DNA from: a virus
IMG/VR virus record: IMGVR_UViG_3300009126_000404
Coordinates: 119,843-183,842 of that record
Strand: one strand, 5' to 3'
Length of the DNA stretch: 64,000 nucleotides
In this document: one piece after another, positions 55,520-64,000 of the stretch
Numbering within the stretch: position 1 is the stretch's first letter
Layout: each line of letters opens with the position of its first letter
Made by a program: the position numbers and the translations under genes
The notes under the pieces: model-generated
What the model saw: the letters and a program-made list of their open reading frames with translations, nothing else
Databases searched by the model: none
What the model was told of the DNA's origin: nothing

Positions 55520-56249
55520 TTGTTAATTCCTTGGCTAATTCTTGATTTATTTCTTGGTGATTTTGAAAATCTTCATAATATTGATGTATCCAATTTTGAT
55601 CGGGTGCTTCAATTCCTACTGTACTCCATAATGTATCTAATCCTTTTAGAGTTAACCATTGACTTTGATTTAATATAATATCAGCTTCACAATCATCAAT
55701 TTCATTATTAATTTGTTTCAGAGAAGTATATTCTTTAACTACTGTATCTACACCTGGCCAAGTATGGTCATATCCACTATTATTGTTATTGTCATCATCT
55801 TCCATTAAATAATTATATTCTCTTGACGCCCAATTAACAATATTTCCATCCCATTCGTCAATTGCTGTTCTAATTAATAATACAGGTAAATTTCTACTCC
55901 ATTTCCAAATATCTTCATAATTTTGTGCATGTAGCAAAACTGCTATACTTTTACTTTCAATTAAATTTAACAATCCATCTAATTGCTCTGTTGTAATTTC
56001 CATGGTATTTCTAACATCATAATTATACCATTTCTTATTTTCATCTGAAATATTCCAGTAATCATCATGTACACGTATTTTACCCAATTCTCCAGGTTCA
56101 TGATCAACTTCTTTTCCATTTAGTACATAACTTGCCCAATGTTCACCTGCTTGACTTTCGCCATATAGCATTGGACTGTTATTAAGTAAATATGGAACTT
56201 CCATTTGACTCATGCAACTGCGACTGCATATTAAATATAATGTATTCAT
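55497..56249 (-). CDS. Hypothetical protein
   Basis: ORF track; AAGGA SD. Confidence 0.75.
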   Translation of the reverse strand: MNTLYLICSRSCMSQMEVPYLLNNSPMLYGESQAGEHWASYVLNGKEVDHEPGELGKIRVHDDYWNISDENKKWYNYDVRNTMEITTEQLDGLLNLIESKSIAVLLHAQNYEDIWKWSRNLPVLLIRTAIDEWDGNIVNWASREYNYLMEDDDNNNNSGYDHTWPGVDTVVKEYTSLKQINNEIDDCEADIILNQSQWLTLKGLDTLWSTVGIEAPDQNWIHQYYEDFQNHQEINQELAKELTNAYNTRS

Positions 56250-56342
56250 ATTAATCCTTTTTAATTTCTACAAAGATGTCCGCTGGCATTGTCCTATAGG
56301 AAGACTCTGAACGACTCCTTGCGCCAAATTTCTTTGCTATAG

Positions 56343-57038
56343 CTATTTAGCCGTAAAAATACTGTAACCTATTTTATAGTCTATGCCATGTTCTTTAAAA
56401 TTTGTTCCAGAGTGCAATTTGCCCATATCAAATGTAATAGCATCACCTGGTTGCCATTTAACTACTTCTTCAACTGTAAATCCATGTAATGATTCATATG
56501 GAAGATGAGTTAAGTATTTTTTATACACTTTTTCATCAAAAGGTTGATCAGTAAAATTAACAATATCACTATAATCAGTTAAAGGTTTATTATAATAAGT
56601 TTCTGGTATATTAGGAAATCCTCTAAAACATTTAATAGGACCATCTAAATAATATTGATCATAAACAACAAAATTAGTTGGTTCTTTTATTTCTAATGGA
56701 ATTACTACAGTCTTAAAAATATCGTATATTTTTTCATAATAATCATCATTGTGTACAACATGTGGTATTTCCGTTTTAAATATATTACTAGCACATACTA
56801 AACTTTTGCCAATTAAATTATCAACAAATTGTTGTACAGGTTCAAACCATTCTTCATACCCATCTCTGTCTGGGCTATAATTCATAACTACCGGTCCTGT
56901 GTTCTTTTCTACTTTATATTGGTAATTATGAAATTGGTTAAGCAAGTAATCAACAAGTTCTTGATCTACAGCATCTTTATGTACTGTAGCTCTTCCGTAT
57001 CTATCCGTAATTTTTTTCTTTTGTTCTTCAGTTCTCAT
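56343..57038 (-). CDS. 2OG-Fe(II) oxygenase-like protein
   Basis: HVVHND (HxD), WQPGDAITFD..KLHSG. Confidence 0.6.
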   Translation of the reverse strand: MRTEEQKKKITDRYGRATVHKDAVDQELVDYLLNQFHNYQYKVEKNTGPVVMNYSPDRDGYEEWFEPVQQFVDNLIGKSLVCASNIFKTEIPHVVHNDDYYEKIYDIFKTVVIPLEIKEPTNFVVYDQYYLDGPIKCFRGFPNIPETYYNKPLTDYSDIVNFTDQPFDEKVYKKYLTHLPYESLHGFTVEEVVKWQPGDAITFDMGKLHSGTNFKEHGIDYKIGYSIFTAK

Positions 57039-57283
57039 GGCTCGAACATTCCTTTTCCTCGTTTGACTTTCCAGTATTCAGTTAAATCAAATATTAACCA
57101 ATATACTAGTGTTGTAGTAGGTGTAAACAAGTAGCCTGTAAATGCTATTGGTAAAATAAACAATAAAAGAAAGAATCTTATAAAATATCCTCTAACATTT
57201 TCAACAGGCAAAACCCAAAAAGGCCACGACCCTAGTTCTGGTTCTTTTTTAGGTTTGCGATAATCTTCAAATTCATATCTCAT
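57035..57283 (-). CDS. Small membrane protein
   Basis: ORF track; two hydrophobic segments. Confidence 0.65.
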   Translation of the reverse strand: MRYEFEDYRKPKKEPELGSWPFWVLPVENVRGYFIRFFLLLFILPIAFTGYLFTPTTTLVYWLIFDLTEYWKVKRGKGMFEP

Positions 57284-58348
57284 TTAAAGTTCTGTTTTTT
57301 CTGTTTGAATATCATATCTAGCTATTTTGTCTACTACTCCACACTGCTGAATGCATAAATTACATGGCTTATTATTATCTAAACCAGTTTTTAAATCTGT
57401 CCACCATTTGTGATTCATAATTTCATTTAAACTGTGTTTCTCTATCTCATTCCAGCCTTTCTCGTATGGAGTAAAATAGGCTTCTTCTAATAACTTTTGT
57501 TGGAACAGATCATATGAAGCCGCACTAAACATACAACAAGGATATATGTATCCTTCTGGCCTTACAAATATCCCTTCTTTACTAACACATTGATCATCAA
57601 TATATTTATAATTGTCAATTATTTGATTAAGTCCTTTTTCAAGTTTTGCAAATGACTTTTCTTTGAATTTATTATTATATTCTTTTGCTACAAATTCTGT
57701 CTTATGAAAATTAGTTTTAGCGTTTTTCATTAATAATTCTAGGTTCGCTGAATATATATTCTGTCTTGTACCAAAACTCTTACACCCTATTTCTTTTGCA
57801 AAAATTCTTACTTCATTAACTTGGTGTTTATTCCAAGGAAATACTACCATTTGCCATGATGGACTTCCGCCTCCTTTTACAAATGCACGTAAATTGTCAA
57901 TGACTCTAGACCATTGTACTCCAATACGATAAATGTGATTTGTATCTTCAAGCCCATCTATACTAAATTGTAAATCATAATGATTTACAGAGCTTAACAG
58001 TTTGGCTAATTTTTCATAATAATCAGGATTCCTTAAACCCCCATTAGTATGAATATTGAAACGTACACCTGGTCTTAACTTTATAGCTACTTCTAATATT
58101 TCTAACAAATTTGGATGAGCAAGTGGATCGCCAGCAGTGCCTATGAATTCTATTAACACATCATCATCAACACACGGATCAGAAAGTATTTTTGTTATAT
58201 TTTTAACACTTAAATGCTGATTAAAGTCAACTAACGGGTTTAACCATACTCCATTATCCTCAGACTGAAACCTAGCACACACAGGACAGAAACTATTGCA
58301 AGTTGTTGTAACTTCAAATTCAATTGTTCTAACCTTTTTGTAAATCAT
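57284..58348 (-). CDS. Radical SAM enzyme with C-terminal SPASM/twitch cluster
   Basis: CNSFCPVC, GDPLAHP, HTNGG; C-terminal C...YPCC...CNLCIQQC. Confidence 0.9.
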   Translation of the reverse strand: MIYKKVRTIEFEVTTTCNSFCPVCARFQSEDNGVWLNPLVDFNQHLSVKNITKILSDPCVDDDVLIEFIGTAGDPLAHPNLLEILEVAIKLRPGVRFNIHTNGGLRNPDYYEKLAKLLSSVNHYDLQFSIDGLEDTNHIYRIGVQWSRVIDNLRAFVKGGGSPSWQMVVFPWNKHQVNEVRIFAKEIGCKSFGTRQNIYSANLELLMKNAKTNFHKTEFVAKEYNNKFKEKSFAKLEKGLNQIIDNYKYIDDQCVSKEGIFVRPEGYIYPCCMFSAASYDLFQQKLLEEAYFTPYEKGWNEIEKHSLNEIMNHKWWTDLKTGLDNNKPCNLCIQQCGVVDKIARYDIQTEKTEL

Positions 58349-58357
58349 TATGTATTT

Positions 58358-59572
58358 CTAATGTGCAGACCATTCAACTTTACTAATGTCAATACCATCC
58401 TTGTACATATCCCATAACGGCGATAATTCTCTTAATTTTTCAACTTGTTCACGTACTAATTTAATTGCATCGTCTACTTCTTCTTTTGTTGTATATCTAC
58501 CTATTGTAAAACGTATGGAACTATGTGCTAATTCATCACTTAATCCTAATGCACGAAGTACATATGACGGTTCGAGACTAGCAGAAGTACATGCAGAACC
58601 AGATGATACTGCAATGTTTGACATTGCCATCATTAAAGATTCGCCTTCTACATAGTTAAAACTAATATTTAAGTTTCCTGGAATTCTTTGTTCTATATCA
58701 CCATTAATAACTACTTCTTCCATATCAGCAAAACCTTCAAGTAAATGATCTCTTAGTTGTTCAATTCTTTTATTTTCTTCTGTCATTTCAGCTTGTGCAA
58801 TAGCAAAACATTCGCCCATGCCTACAATTTGGTGTGTCGCTAATGTGCCTGAACGCATACCTCTTTCGTGTCCACCACCGTGCATTTGTGCTTGAAGACG
58901 TACACGTGGCTTACGTCTAACATACAAGGCACCCATACCTTTTGGTCCATACAATTTATGTGCAGAAAAACTCATTAAATCTACAGGCAATGACTGTAAA
59001 TTAATATCTACTTTGCCAGCTGATTGTGCCGCATCAACATGGAAAAATGTTTTGTTTGCTCTACAAATATCTCCAATTGCTTGGATATCTTGAATAACAC
59101 CAATTTCATTATTTACATGCATTATTGTAACTAAAATAGTATCTTTACGAATTTCATTCTTTAATGTATCTAAGTCTAGTAAACCATTTTTAAGTGGATC
59201 TAAATAACTAACTTCAAATCCTTCTCTTTCTAGTTGACGACAAGTATCTAAAACAGCCTTGTGTTCGGTTTTCATAGTAATAATATGCTTACCACGTTTT
59301 TGATAAAAGTGTGCAATACCTTTAATTGCTAAGTTATCTGATTCTGTTGCACCAGACGTCCAAACAATTTCTTTTGGATCTGCACCAATTAAACTTGCTA
59401 CTTGTTCTCTTGCTATGTCAACGGCTTTTTCAGCCTCCCAGCCATAGTAATGTGATCGAGACGCTGGATTACCAAAGTCTCCTTCTATAGTTAAAAATTT
59501 GGACATTTTTTCAGCAACACGCTTGTCTACAGGTGTTGTAGCAGAATAGTCCATATAAGTTGGATTTATCAT
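58358..59572 (-). CDS. iscS: Cysteine desulfurase IscS
   Basis: [22 protein letters not shown] (PLP Lys), [18 protein letters not shown]. Confidence 0.96.
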   Translation of the reverse strand: MINPTYMDYSATTPVDKRVAEKMSKFLTIEGDFGNPASRSHYYGWEAEKAVDIAREQVASLIGADPKEIVWTSGATESDNLAIKGIAHFYQKRGKHIITMKTEHKAVLDTCRQLEREGFEVSYLDPLKNGLLDLDTLKNEIRKDTILVTIMHVNNEIGVIQDIQAIGDICRANKTFFHVDAAQSAGKVDINLQSLPVDLMSFSAHKLYGPKGMGALYVRRKPRVRLQAQMHGGGHERGMRSGTLATHQIVGMGECFAIAQAEMTEENKRIEQLRDHLLEGFADMEEVVINGDIEQRIPGNLNISFNYVEGESLMMAMSNIAVSSGSACTSASLEPSYVLRALGLSDELAHSSIRFTIGRYTTKEEVDDAIKLVREQVEKLRELSPLWDMYKDGIDISKVEWSAH

Positions 59573-59745
59573 TCTTTATTTTCCTTATTGTGATTAAACG
59601 TTCGGGCCCATTCTTGTTGTTCCTTGTCCCATTTATTTATATAAGTTCTGTTATCGTTTTTAATTACAGGCTTTTTATTACGTCCGCCTGCATTTCGTTT
59701 AATTCGTCTCGGTTTTTTATTGAACGTTCTTTTTTTAAACGACAT
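59569..59745 (-). CDS. 58-aa basic protein translationally coupled between fpr and iscS
   Basis: Hand translation [58 protein letters not shown]; TAATG and ATGA overlaps. Confidence 0.65.
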   Translation of the reverse strand: MSFKKRTFNKKPRRIKRNAGGRNKKPVIKNDNRTYINKWDKEQQEWARTFNHNKENKE

Positions 59746-60530
59746 TATCTAACAAAACTCTTTTCTACGACGTAAGTATTTGCATGTTTGTTAGTACCTT
59801 CTTCAAATCCTAATCCCTCTAAGTATTCTTTTAATTCTAAATTCATTTCCATAGACCCACAAATCATTACTCTATCATGTATGGGTGATAGATCAGGTAA
59901 TCCTAGTTTATCTTGTACTTTGTTTTCATACATTGCAGTTGTTACACGACCTTCATTTTCATATGGTTCACGAGTACATGTAAAATATGTTTTAAGTTTA
60001 CCGTGTGTTATTTTACTATATATTTTATCTTCATTTAACCCGTTGAGCAAATCTTTAAATACAAGTTCATTTTTAGCTCTAGTACCCCATACTACAATAA
60101 CATTATCGTAGTGTTCATACGTTTCTACACCACGTACAATACTCATAAATGGAGCAATGCCTGTTCCAGTAGCCAATAAGTATAGATTACGTGCTGGCGT
60201 TAAAATATTAGAATTTACGAGCGTCCCTACTGCTCTACTATTTACCAAAATTTCATCACCCACTTTTATATTTTGTAATCTACTTGTAAGAGGGCCATCA
60301 GGTACTTTAATGCTATAAAACTCTAACGTTTCCTGATGATTTGGACTTACCATACTATATGCTCTCATTATTGGTTTATTTTTTTGTAATTTTTCTGACC
60401 AATGATCTAAACCTATCATTATAAACTCACCGTCACGAAACCTTAGTGTTTGGTTTCTTGTAGTTTTAAAATGAAATAATGTATCTGTATAATGTGTAAC
60501 TTCTAGTACTGTTTCTTTATGAATTGGCAT
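59745..60530 (-). CDS. fpr: Ferredoxin-NADP+ reductase
   Basis: MRAYS, KVPDGPLTSRL, ATGTGIAPF, MICGS. Confidence 0.93.
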   Translation of the reverse strand: MPIHKETVLEVTHYTDTLFHFKTTRNQTLRFRDGEFIMIGLDHWSEKLQKNKPIMRAYSMVSPNHQETLEFYSIKVPDGPLTSRLQNIKVGDEILVNSRAVGTLVNSNILTPARNLYLLATGTGIAPFMSIVRGVETYEHYDNVIVVWGTRAKNELVFKDLLNGLNEDKIYSKITHGKLKTYFTCTREPYENEGRVTTAMYENKVQDKLGLPDLSPIHDRVMICGSMEMNLELKEYLEGLGFEEGTNKHANTYVVEKSFVR

Positions 60531-60556
60531 ATCTTGTTCCTAATACATTATTTATT

Positions 60557-60585
60557 ATAAAAACGCCGTAGTAATCTACGGCTTA
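60557..60585 (-). terminator. Rho-independent terminator after the tRNA cluster
   Basis: GCCGTAG-ATTA-CTACGGC followed by GTTTTT. Confidence 0.8.
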
Positions 60586-60591
60586 AATTAA

Positions 60592-60681
60592 TGGCGGAGA
60601 GAGTGAGATTCGAACTCACGAACGAGTCGCCCCGTTGCCGGTTTTCAAGACCGGTGCTTTCAACCGCTCAGCCATCTCTCC
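60592..60681 (-). tRNA. tRNA-Ser(TGA), long variable arm, CCA encoded
   Basis: CCGGT-CTTGAAA-ACCGG anticodon arm. Confidence 0.95.
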
Positions 60682-60689
60682 TAAATTAA

Positions 60690-60764
60690 TGGCGTTCCCT
60701 AGGAGAATCGAACTCCTCTTTCATGGATGAAAACCATGGGTCCTAACCGATAGACGAAGGGAAC
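60690..60764 (-). tRNA. tRNA-Glu(TTC), CCA encoded
   Basis: CATGG-TTTTCAT-CCATG anticodon arm. Confidence 0.93.
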
Positions 60765-60767
60765 ATT

Positions 60768-60844
60768 TGGCGACCTGGAAGGGACTCGAACCCTCGACCT
60801 CCTGCGTGACAGGCAGGCGTTCTAACCAACTGAACTACCAGGCC
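60768..60844 (-). tRNA. tRNA-Asp(GTC), CCA encoded
   Basis: CCTGC-CTGTCAC-GCAGG anticodon arm; TTGACA-N17-TATAAT just upstream. Confidence 0.95.
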
Positions 60845-60887
60845 AATCATACATTATAGTTTATATCAGCTTATTTGTCAACTACGA

Positions 60888-61352
60888 TTAGTTGCACCAG
60901 GATTCTTTTTCGTCACCGTAATATTCTCTAGCGAATCCGTTTTCAAGAAGCATTTCTCTTAGACTTTCACCATCTATGATAATATCGCCTAATACTCGTC
61001 CACCATATTTGTCCCATTTGTAAATGGCTACTTGTATTGTAGTAGCTGAATTTAGCATATCTTTAGTAAACTGTGAGGCTTCTTCACCCAATAATGCTTC
61101 TTCATCACATTCTGCTCTCCAACTTTTTTCTGGAGTATCAACGCCGTATACACGAATGCTTAATTCTTTCTTTAATGGGTCTGGCAAAAAGTTTGCTTCA
61201 AAGGCTACAGTATCTCCATCAATGACTCTGGTTACTTCATAATCATGAATTACCATTTCTACATCTTCGGCTTCTACACTAGTAATAAATGCAAAAATAA
61301 TTACAAATGTAATCACGGTTGCAAGTAGAATATTTTTTATATTTATGTTCAT
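60888..61352 (-). CDS. Thermonuclease (SNase family) with N-terminal signal/TM
   Basis: VIDGDT, IRVYGVDTPE, DKYGGRVLG: catalytic residues intact. Confidence 0.88.
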   Translation of the reverse strand: MNINIKNILLATVITFVIIFAFITSVEAEDVEMVIHDYEVTRVIDGDTVAFEANFLPDPLKKELSIRVYGVDTPEKSWRAECDEEALLGEEASQFTKDMLNSATTIQVAIYKWDKYGGRVLGDIIIDGESLREMLLENGFAREYYGDEKESWCN

Positions 61353-62317
61353 TTATAGTATTTATTACGAATGTCTTCATATGCCTCAACAACCTCATCG
61401 TACCTTTTACTGTACAAAGATGCTGTTTCGGTTAATACATTACTGTTTTTTACGCCTAAATAATCAAATATGTCTACTTGATGTTTAAACCATTCTGCAT
61501 CAATTAACAAATGATCAACATTATTTTCTGCCATACTTTTAATACTTACATCTTGTGCTTCTATATCATCAGTGTTATGTTTCTCTTCAAATAATCTATA
61601 AAACGAATAATCTAAATTAAATTTACCATTACCATTATTCCTAAGAGAATCAAATAAATCCCAATGTGCAAAATTTAATTGCCACATATATTGCAATTTA
61701 CCGCTATGAAAATCTGCTATACATTTATTATGATATTCTTTATACCACAATTCTTTCCATCTACCAATTTCTTGTCCGCCCATTAACATATGATCTTCCC
61801 ACCATATTTTAGAATGAGCAATAATTTGATCAATACGTTGTATTTTATTAAATGCATATTGAGTCATATAGAACATTGCACTTTGTTCTACAGTAGATTT
61901 AGCAAATATAAGTTTATCACATGCTGGTACATATATTGTATGTTTTGTACAGCCAAAGTAATTACTCCAAACTGGATACTCATACCCTACTATAGGATCT
62001 TCACCATTCCCCCAAAGTCCTTTATTAGCATCAAAATAAGTAGATGTACAATCAATTCTACCATTTTCTTCATCTTTATTTTCAAGCTCTCTTAAAGATT
62101 CCTGATGAATATCATAAAGTGAAGAATCCATTATATGATCAAATCCTCCACCGTCTGGATTACGTCTTATTTCTTGTACAATTGAACCAATATCATCACC
62201 ATTATGTACAGGGTCTTGCCCATAATATAATTGTGGGCCAAATCGTTTGTCGTGTGCGAGCCACCAGTGGATAGCTGGTGCGTGTGCATTTACTGTTTGA
62301 TATATTCCTATATTCAT
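61349..62317 (-). CDS. Hypothetical protein, paralog of 62413..63285
   Basis: ORF track 61349..62359 overlaps tRNA-Asn; start moved to MNIGIY, which aligns with the paralog start. Confidence 0.8.
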   Translation of the reverse strand: MNIGIYQTVNAHAPAIHWWLAHDKRFGPQLYYGQDPVHNGDDIGSIVQEIRRNPDGGGFDHIMDSSLYDIHQESLRELENKDEENGRIDCTSTYFDANKGLWGNGEDPIVGYEYPVWSNYFGCTKHTIYVPACDKLIFAKSTVEQSAMFYMTQYAFNKIQRIDQIIAHSKIWWEDHMLMGGQEIGRWKELWYKEYHNKCIADFHSGKLQYMWQLNFAHWDLFDSLRNNGNGKFNLDYSFYRLFEEKHNTDDIEAQDVSIKSMAENNVDHLLIDAEWFKHQVDIFDYLGVKNSNVLTETASLYSKRYDEVVEAYEDIRNKYYK

Positions 62318-62326
62318 ATATTTGTT

Positions 62327-62402
62327 TGGCTCCTCGGGCAAGGCTCGAACTTGCGACAAATTGATTAACAGTCAACTGCTCTACCAACTGAGCTACCGAG
62401 GA
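62327..62402 (-). tRNA. tRNA-Asn(GTT), CCA encoded
   Basis: GTTGA-CTGTTAA-TCAAT anticodon arm. Confidence 0.95.
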
Positions 62403-62412
62403 TCAGTATTAT

Positions 62413-63285
62413 TTATAGGTATTTTGAAAATGTATCTATATATAATTGTTTTTTACGTTTATATAATTTAGTATAGTCAATTACAAATTTTTTCAATCTA
62501 AACGAACTCAATATTTCTGTATAATCAATTATTTCTTCACAATGGTTAAACCAATCGTCACCTACTACGATATGATCTACCTCATTATTTGCATATGCAA
62601 ATAATGTATCTGAAAAATCTTCTTCTTGTTTCTTTACTTCAAATAATCTTGCATGGTCATCAGCATCAACTAATTTTATATCATCCTTACCTTTTTGTAA
62701 TTGATCCATTAAATCATGATGAGCAAAATTAAGTTGCCACATATATTTCAATTTGTTATCTTTAAAGGCTTGTACAAAATCATTATGGTATTTTTCATTC
62801 CAAACTTCTTTCCAATTTTCTATATTATGATCTTTTGCCCATGCTTCTGTTTGCTCAATTATGTCTTTTATAGATTCTATCCACGCAAATGCATATTGAC
62901 TAATGTAAAAGAATAATTGTTCTTCTGCACTATTATCAACAAGAATTATCTTATTTGCTTTAATAATATTATCTGGATTAGTTAAATTACTAGTATAATT
63001 GCTCCAAACAAAATGATCAAACTCTTCCTTTACATCACTAAAAGGAGCCATAACATCAATATTAATGTTTGCTGGCTCGTCTAATAATTTAATTGATTGT
63101 TTATGTATGGAATGGTATTTTGCTTTTTCATTTTCAATAACAATACCACCTACATGATTACCACTTGGTGTACAATACCCGGTATTAAATTCATACAATT
63201 CGGGTCCTATATTAATTTCTTGTGAAAGCCACCAATGTATTGCTGGTGCACTTCCTGTATTATTTTGATATATTGCTATGTCCAT
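62413..63285 (-). CDS. Hypothetical protein, paralog of 61349..62317
   Basis: Shared APAIHWWL and KLxYMWQLNFAHxDL. Confidence 0.8.
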   Translation of the reverse strand: MDIAIYQNNTGSAPAIHWWLSQEINIGPELYEFNTGYCTPSGNHVGGIVIENEKAKYHSIHKQSIKLLDEPANINIDVMAPFSDVKEEFDHFVWSNYTSNLTNPDNIIKANKIILVDNSAEEQLFFYISQYAFAWIESIKDIIEQTEAWAKDHNIENWKEVWNEKYHNDFVQAFKDNKLKYMWQLNFAHHDLMDQLQKGKDDIKLVDADDHARLFEVKKQEEDFSDTLFAYANNEVDHIVVGDDWFNHCEEIIDYTEILSSFRLKKFVIDYTKLYKRKKQLYIDTFSKYL

Positions 63286-63301
63286 GATTTACCCTAAAAT
63301 A

Positions 63302-63377
63302 TGGTGGAGGATATCAGGATCGAACTGACGACCTCCTGAATGCAAATCAGGCGCTCTCCCATCTGAGCTAATCCCCC
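63302..63377 (-). tRNA. tRNA-Ala(TGC), CCA encoded
   Basis: GGGGGAT acceptor with G3:U70; CCTGA-TTTGCAT-TCAGG. Confidence 0.95.
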
Positions 63378-63385
63378 ATTTACGG

Positions 63386-63458
63386 AGCCGTCGGTCAGAT
63401 TTGAACTGACGACCTATGGTTTACAAAACCATTGCTCTACCAACTGAGCTACGACGGC
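63386..63458 (-). tRNA. tRNA-Thr(TGT); genomic 3' end is CCG, not CCA
   Basis: GCCGTCG/CGACGGC acceptor; ATGGT-TTTGTAA-ACCAT. Confidence 0.93.
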
Positions 63459-63478
63459 GTAAATTCTACAAGTATTTA

Positions 63479-63643
63479 TCAGGCCGCTAGGACTGTTTCG
63501 TGTACTCGTTCTACCGCCGATAGGACATCGGGACCTAGTGTTGATGCATCTATTACTTCAATAATATCACCAACATAGTCTTTAGCCATCTCTTTTATAT
63601 ATGAATTAAAGACTTCGTCTTTATCGTAGTATTCATGTCCCAT
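63479..63643 (-). CDS. 54-aa acidic protein ending VLAA
   Basis: Hand translation MGHEYYDKDEVFNSYIKEMAKDYVGDIIEVIDASTLGPDVLSAVERVHETVLAA; TAATG overlap. Confidence 0.65.
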   Translation of the reverse strand: MGHEYYDKDEVFNSYIKEMAKDYVGDIIEVIDASTLGPDVLSAVERVHETVLAA

Positions 63644-63924
63644 TATTGCAATTCCGGAAACATTTGTTTTATGTAATTTCTTACAATAACTTTAGTGTCA
63701 TTTTCAACTGAATCAATATTAATTGATTTTATACCATGTTCTTTTACTTCTTCTTTCGCTAATTGTAACAATTCACGTTTATTAAGTTTTTGAATTTGTG
63801 CTAAATTGACTACGTTATGTGTAAGAGCACTTAGTACATAATTGCCTACATCAAGTTCACTCATAGGAACCTCGATTTTTGCCTTTATACGCTTAATTCC
63901 ATCTTTATATTCTGTTGCTCTCAT
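63643..63924 (-). CDS. Hypothetical protein
   Basis: ORF track. Confidence 0.7.
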   Translation of the reverse strand: MRATEYKDGIKRIKAKIEVPMSELDVGNYVLSALTHNVVNLAQIQKLNKRELLQLAKEEVKEHGIKSINIDSVENDTKVIVRNYIKQMFPELQ

Positions 63925-64000
63925 TTTTATACCATAATTATATAATTAATTAATTTAATAAGATTTTACTCTTATTAGTAATACTATACTACTAAGATAG

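Noticed and set aside
55497-56249. Sulfotransferase-like assignment
   Set aside because: N-terminal resemblance is weak and no PAPS-binding motif is identifiable by eye.
62202-62387. 61-aa minus-strand ORF
   Set aside because: Starts inside tRNA-Asn; a read-through artefact.
1-64000. Alternative genetic code (stop-codon recoding) as in some jumbo phages
   Set aside because: Conserved genes are full length under the standard code, TAA, TAG and TGA all occur as gene ends, and no suppressor tRNA was seen.

Overview
This is an AT-rich fragment of a T4-like jumbo bacteriophage genome, probably marine. Genes are densely packed and almost all lie on the minus strand; the one exception is a four-gene plus-strand cassette at 36.4-40.0 kb (MscS-like fragment, class III aminotransferase, Leu/Phe/Val dehydrogenase, class 3 lipase). 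No capsid, terminase or polymerase gene is in the window. Host-like machinery present: protein quality control (ClpA, ClpS, ClpX, ClpP, a DnaJ-like protein, Hsp20); translation (IF3, bS21, CCA-adding enzyme, 8 tRNAs, a circularly permuted two-piece alphaproteobacterial-type tmRNA with tag ANNNYEPEMAMAA); Fe-S and redox (IscS, IscU, Fdx, Fpr, peroxiredoxin) serving four radical SAM enzymes and several 2OG-Fe(II) oxygenase-like proteins; lysis genes (M15 endolysin, spanins, possible holin); also GuaC, a DNA ligase and a RelA/SpoT-type HD hydrolase. Two promoter classes are visible: sigma70-like TTGACA-N17-TATAAT and T4 late-like ATAAATA. Most notable observations not shown by the ORF track: (1) about 11 unrelated proteins share an N-terminal M[KRL][IL]x[DEQN][ILV]..E tag resembling the T4 capsid-targeting sequence, suggesting enzymes such as the CCA-adding enzyme, a nucleotidase, a kinase, a nucleotidyltransferase and a metalloprotease are packaged and injected; (2) a set of late genes whose ATG sits exactly 5 nt after the late promoter, i.e. 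leaderless; (3) a radical SAM gene that apparently has to start at AUU, in a phage with its own IF3; (4) the permuted tmRNA has an ORF in its excised segment, and the phage ClpX has altered tag-binding loops; (5) a palindromic operator sits inside three sigma70 promoters; (6) several enzymes have lost catalytic residues. All protein assignments come from motif recognition by eye; no database searches were run.
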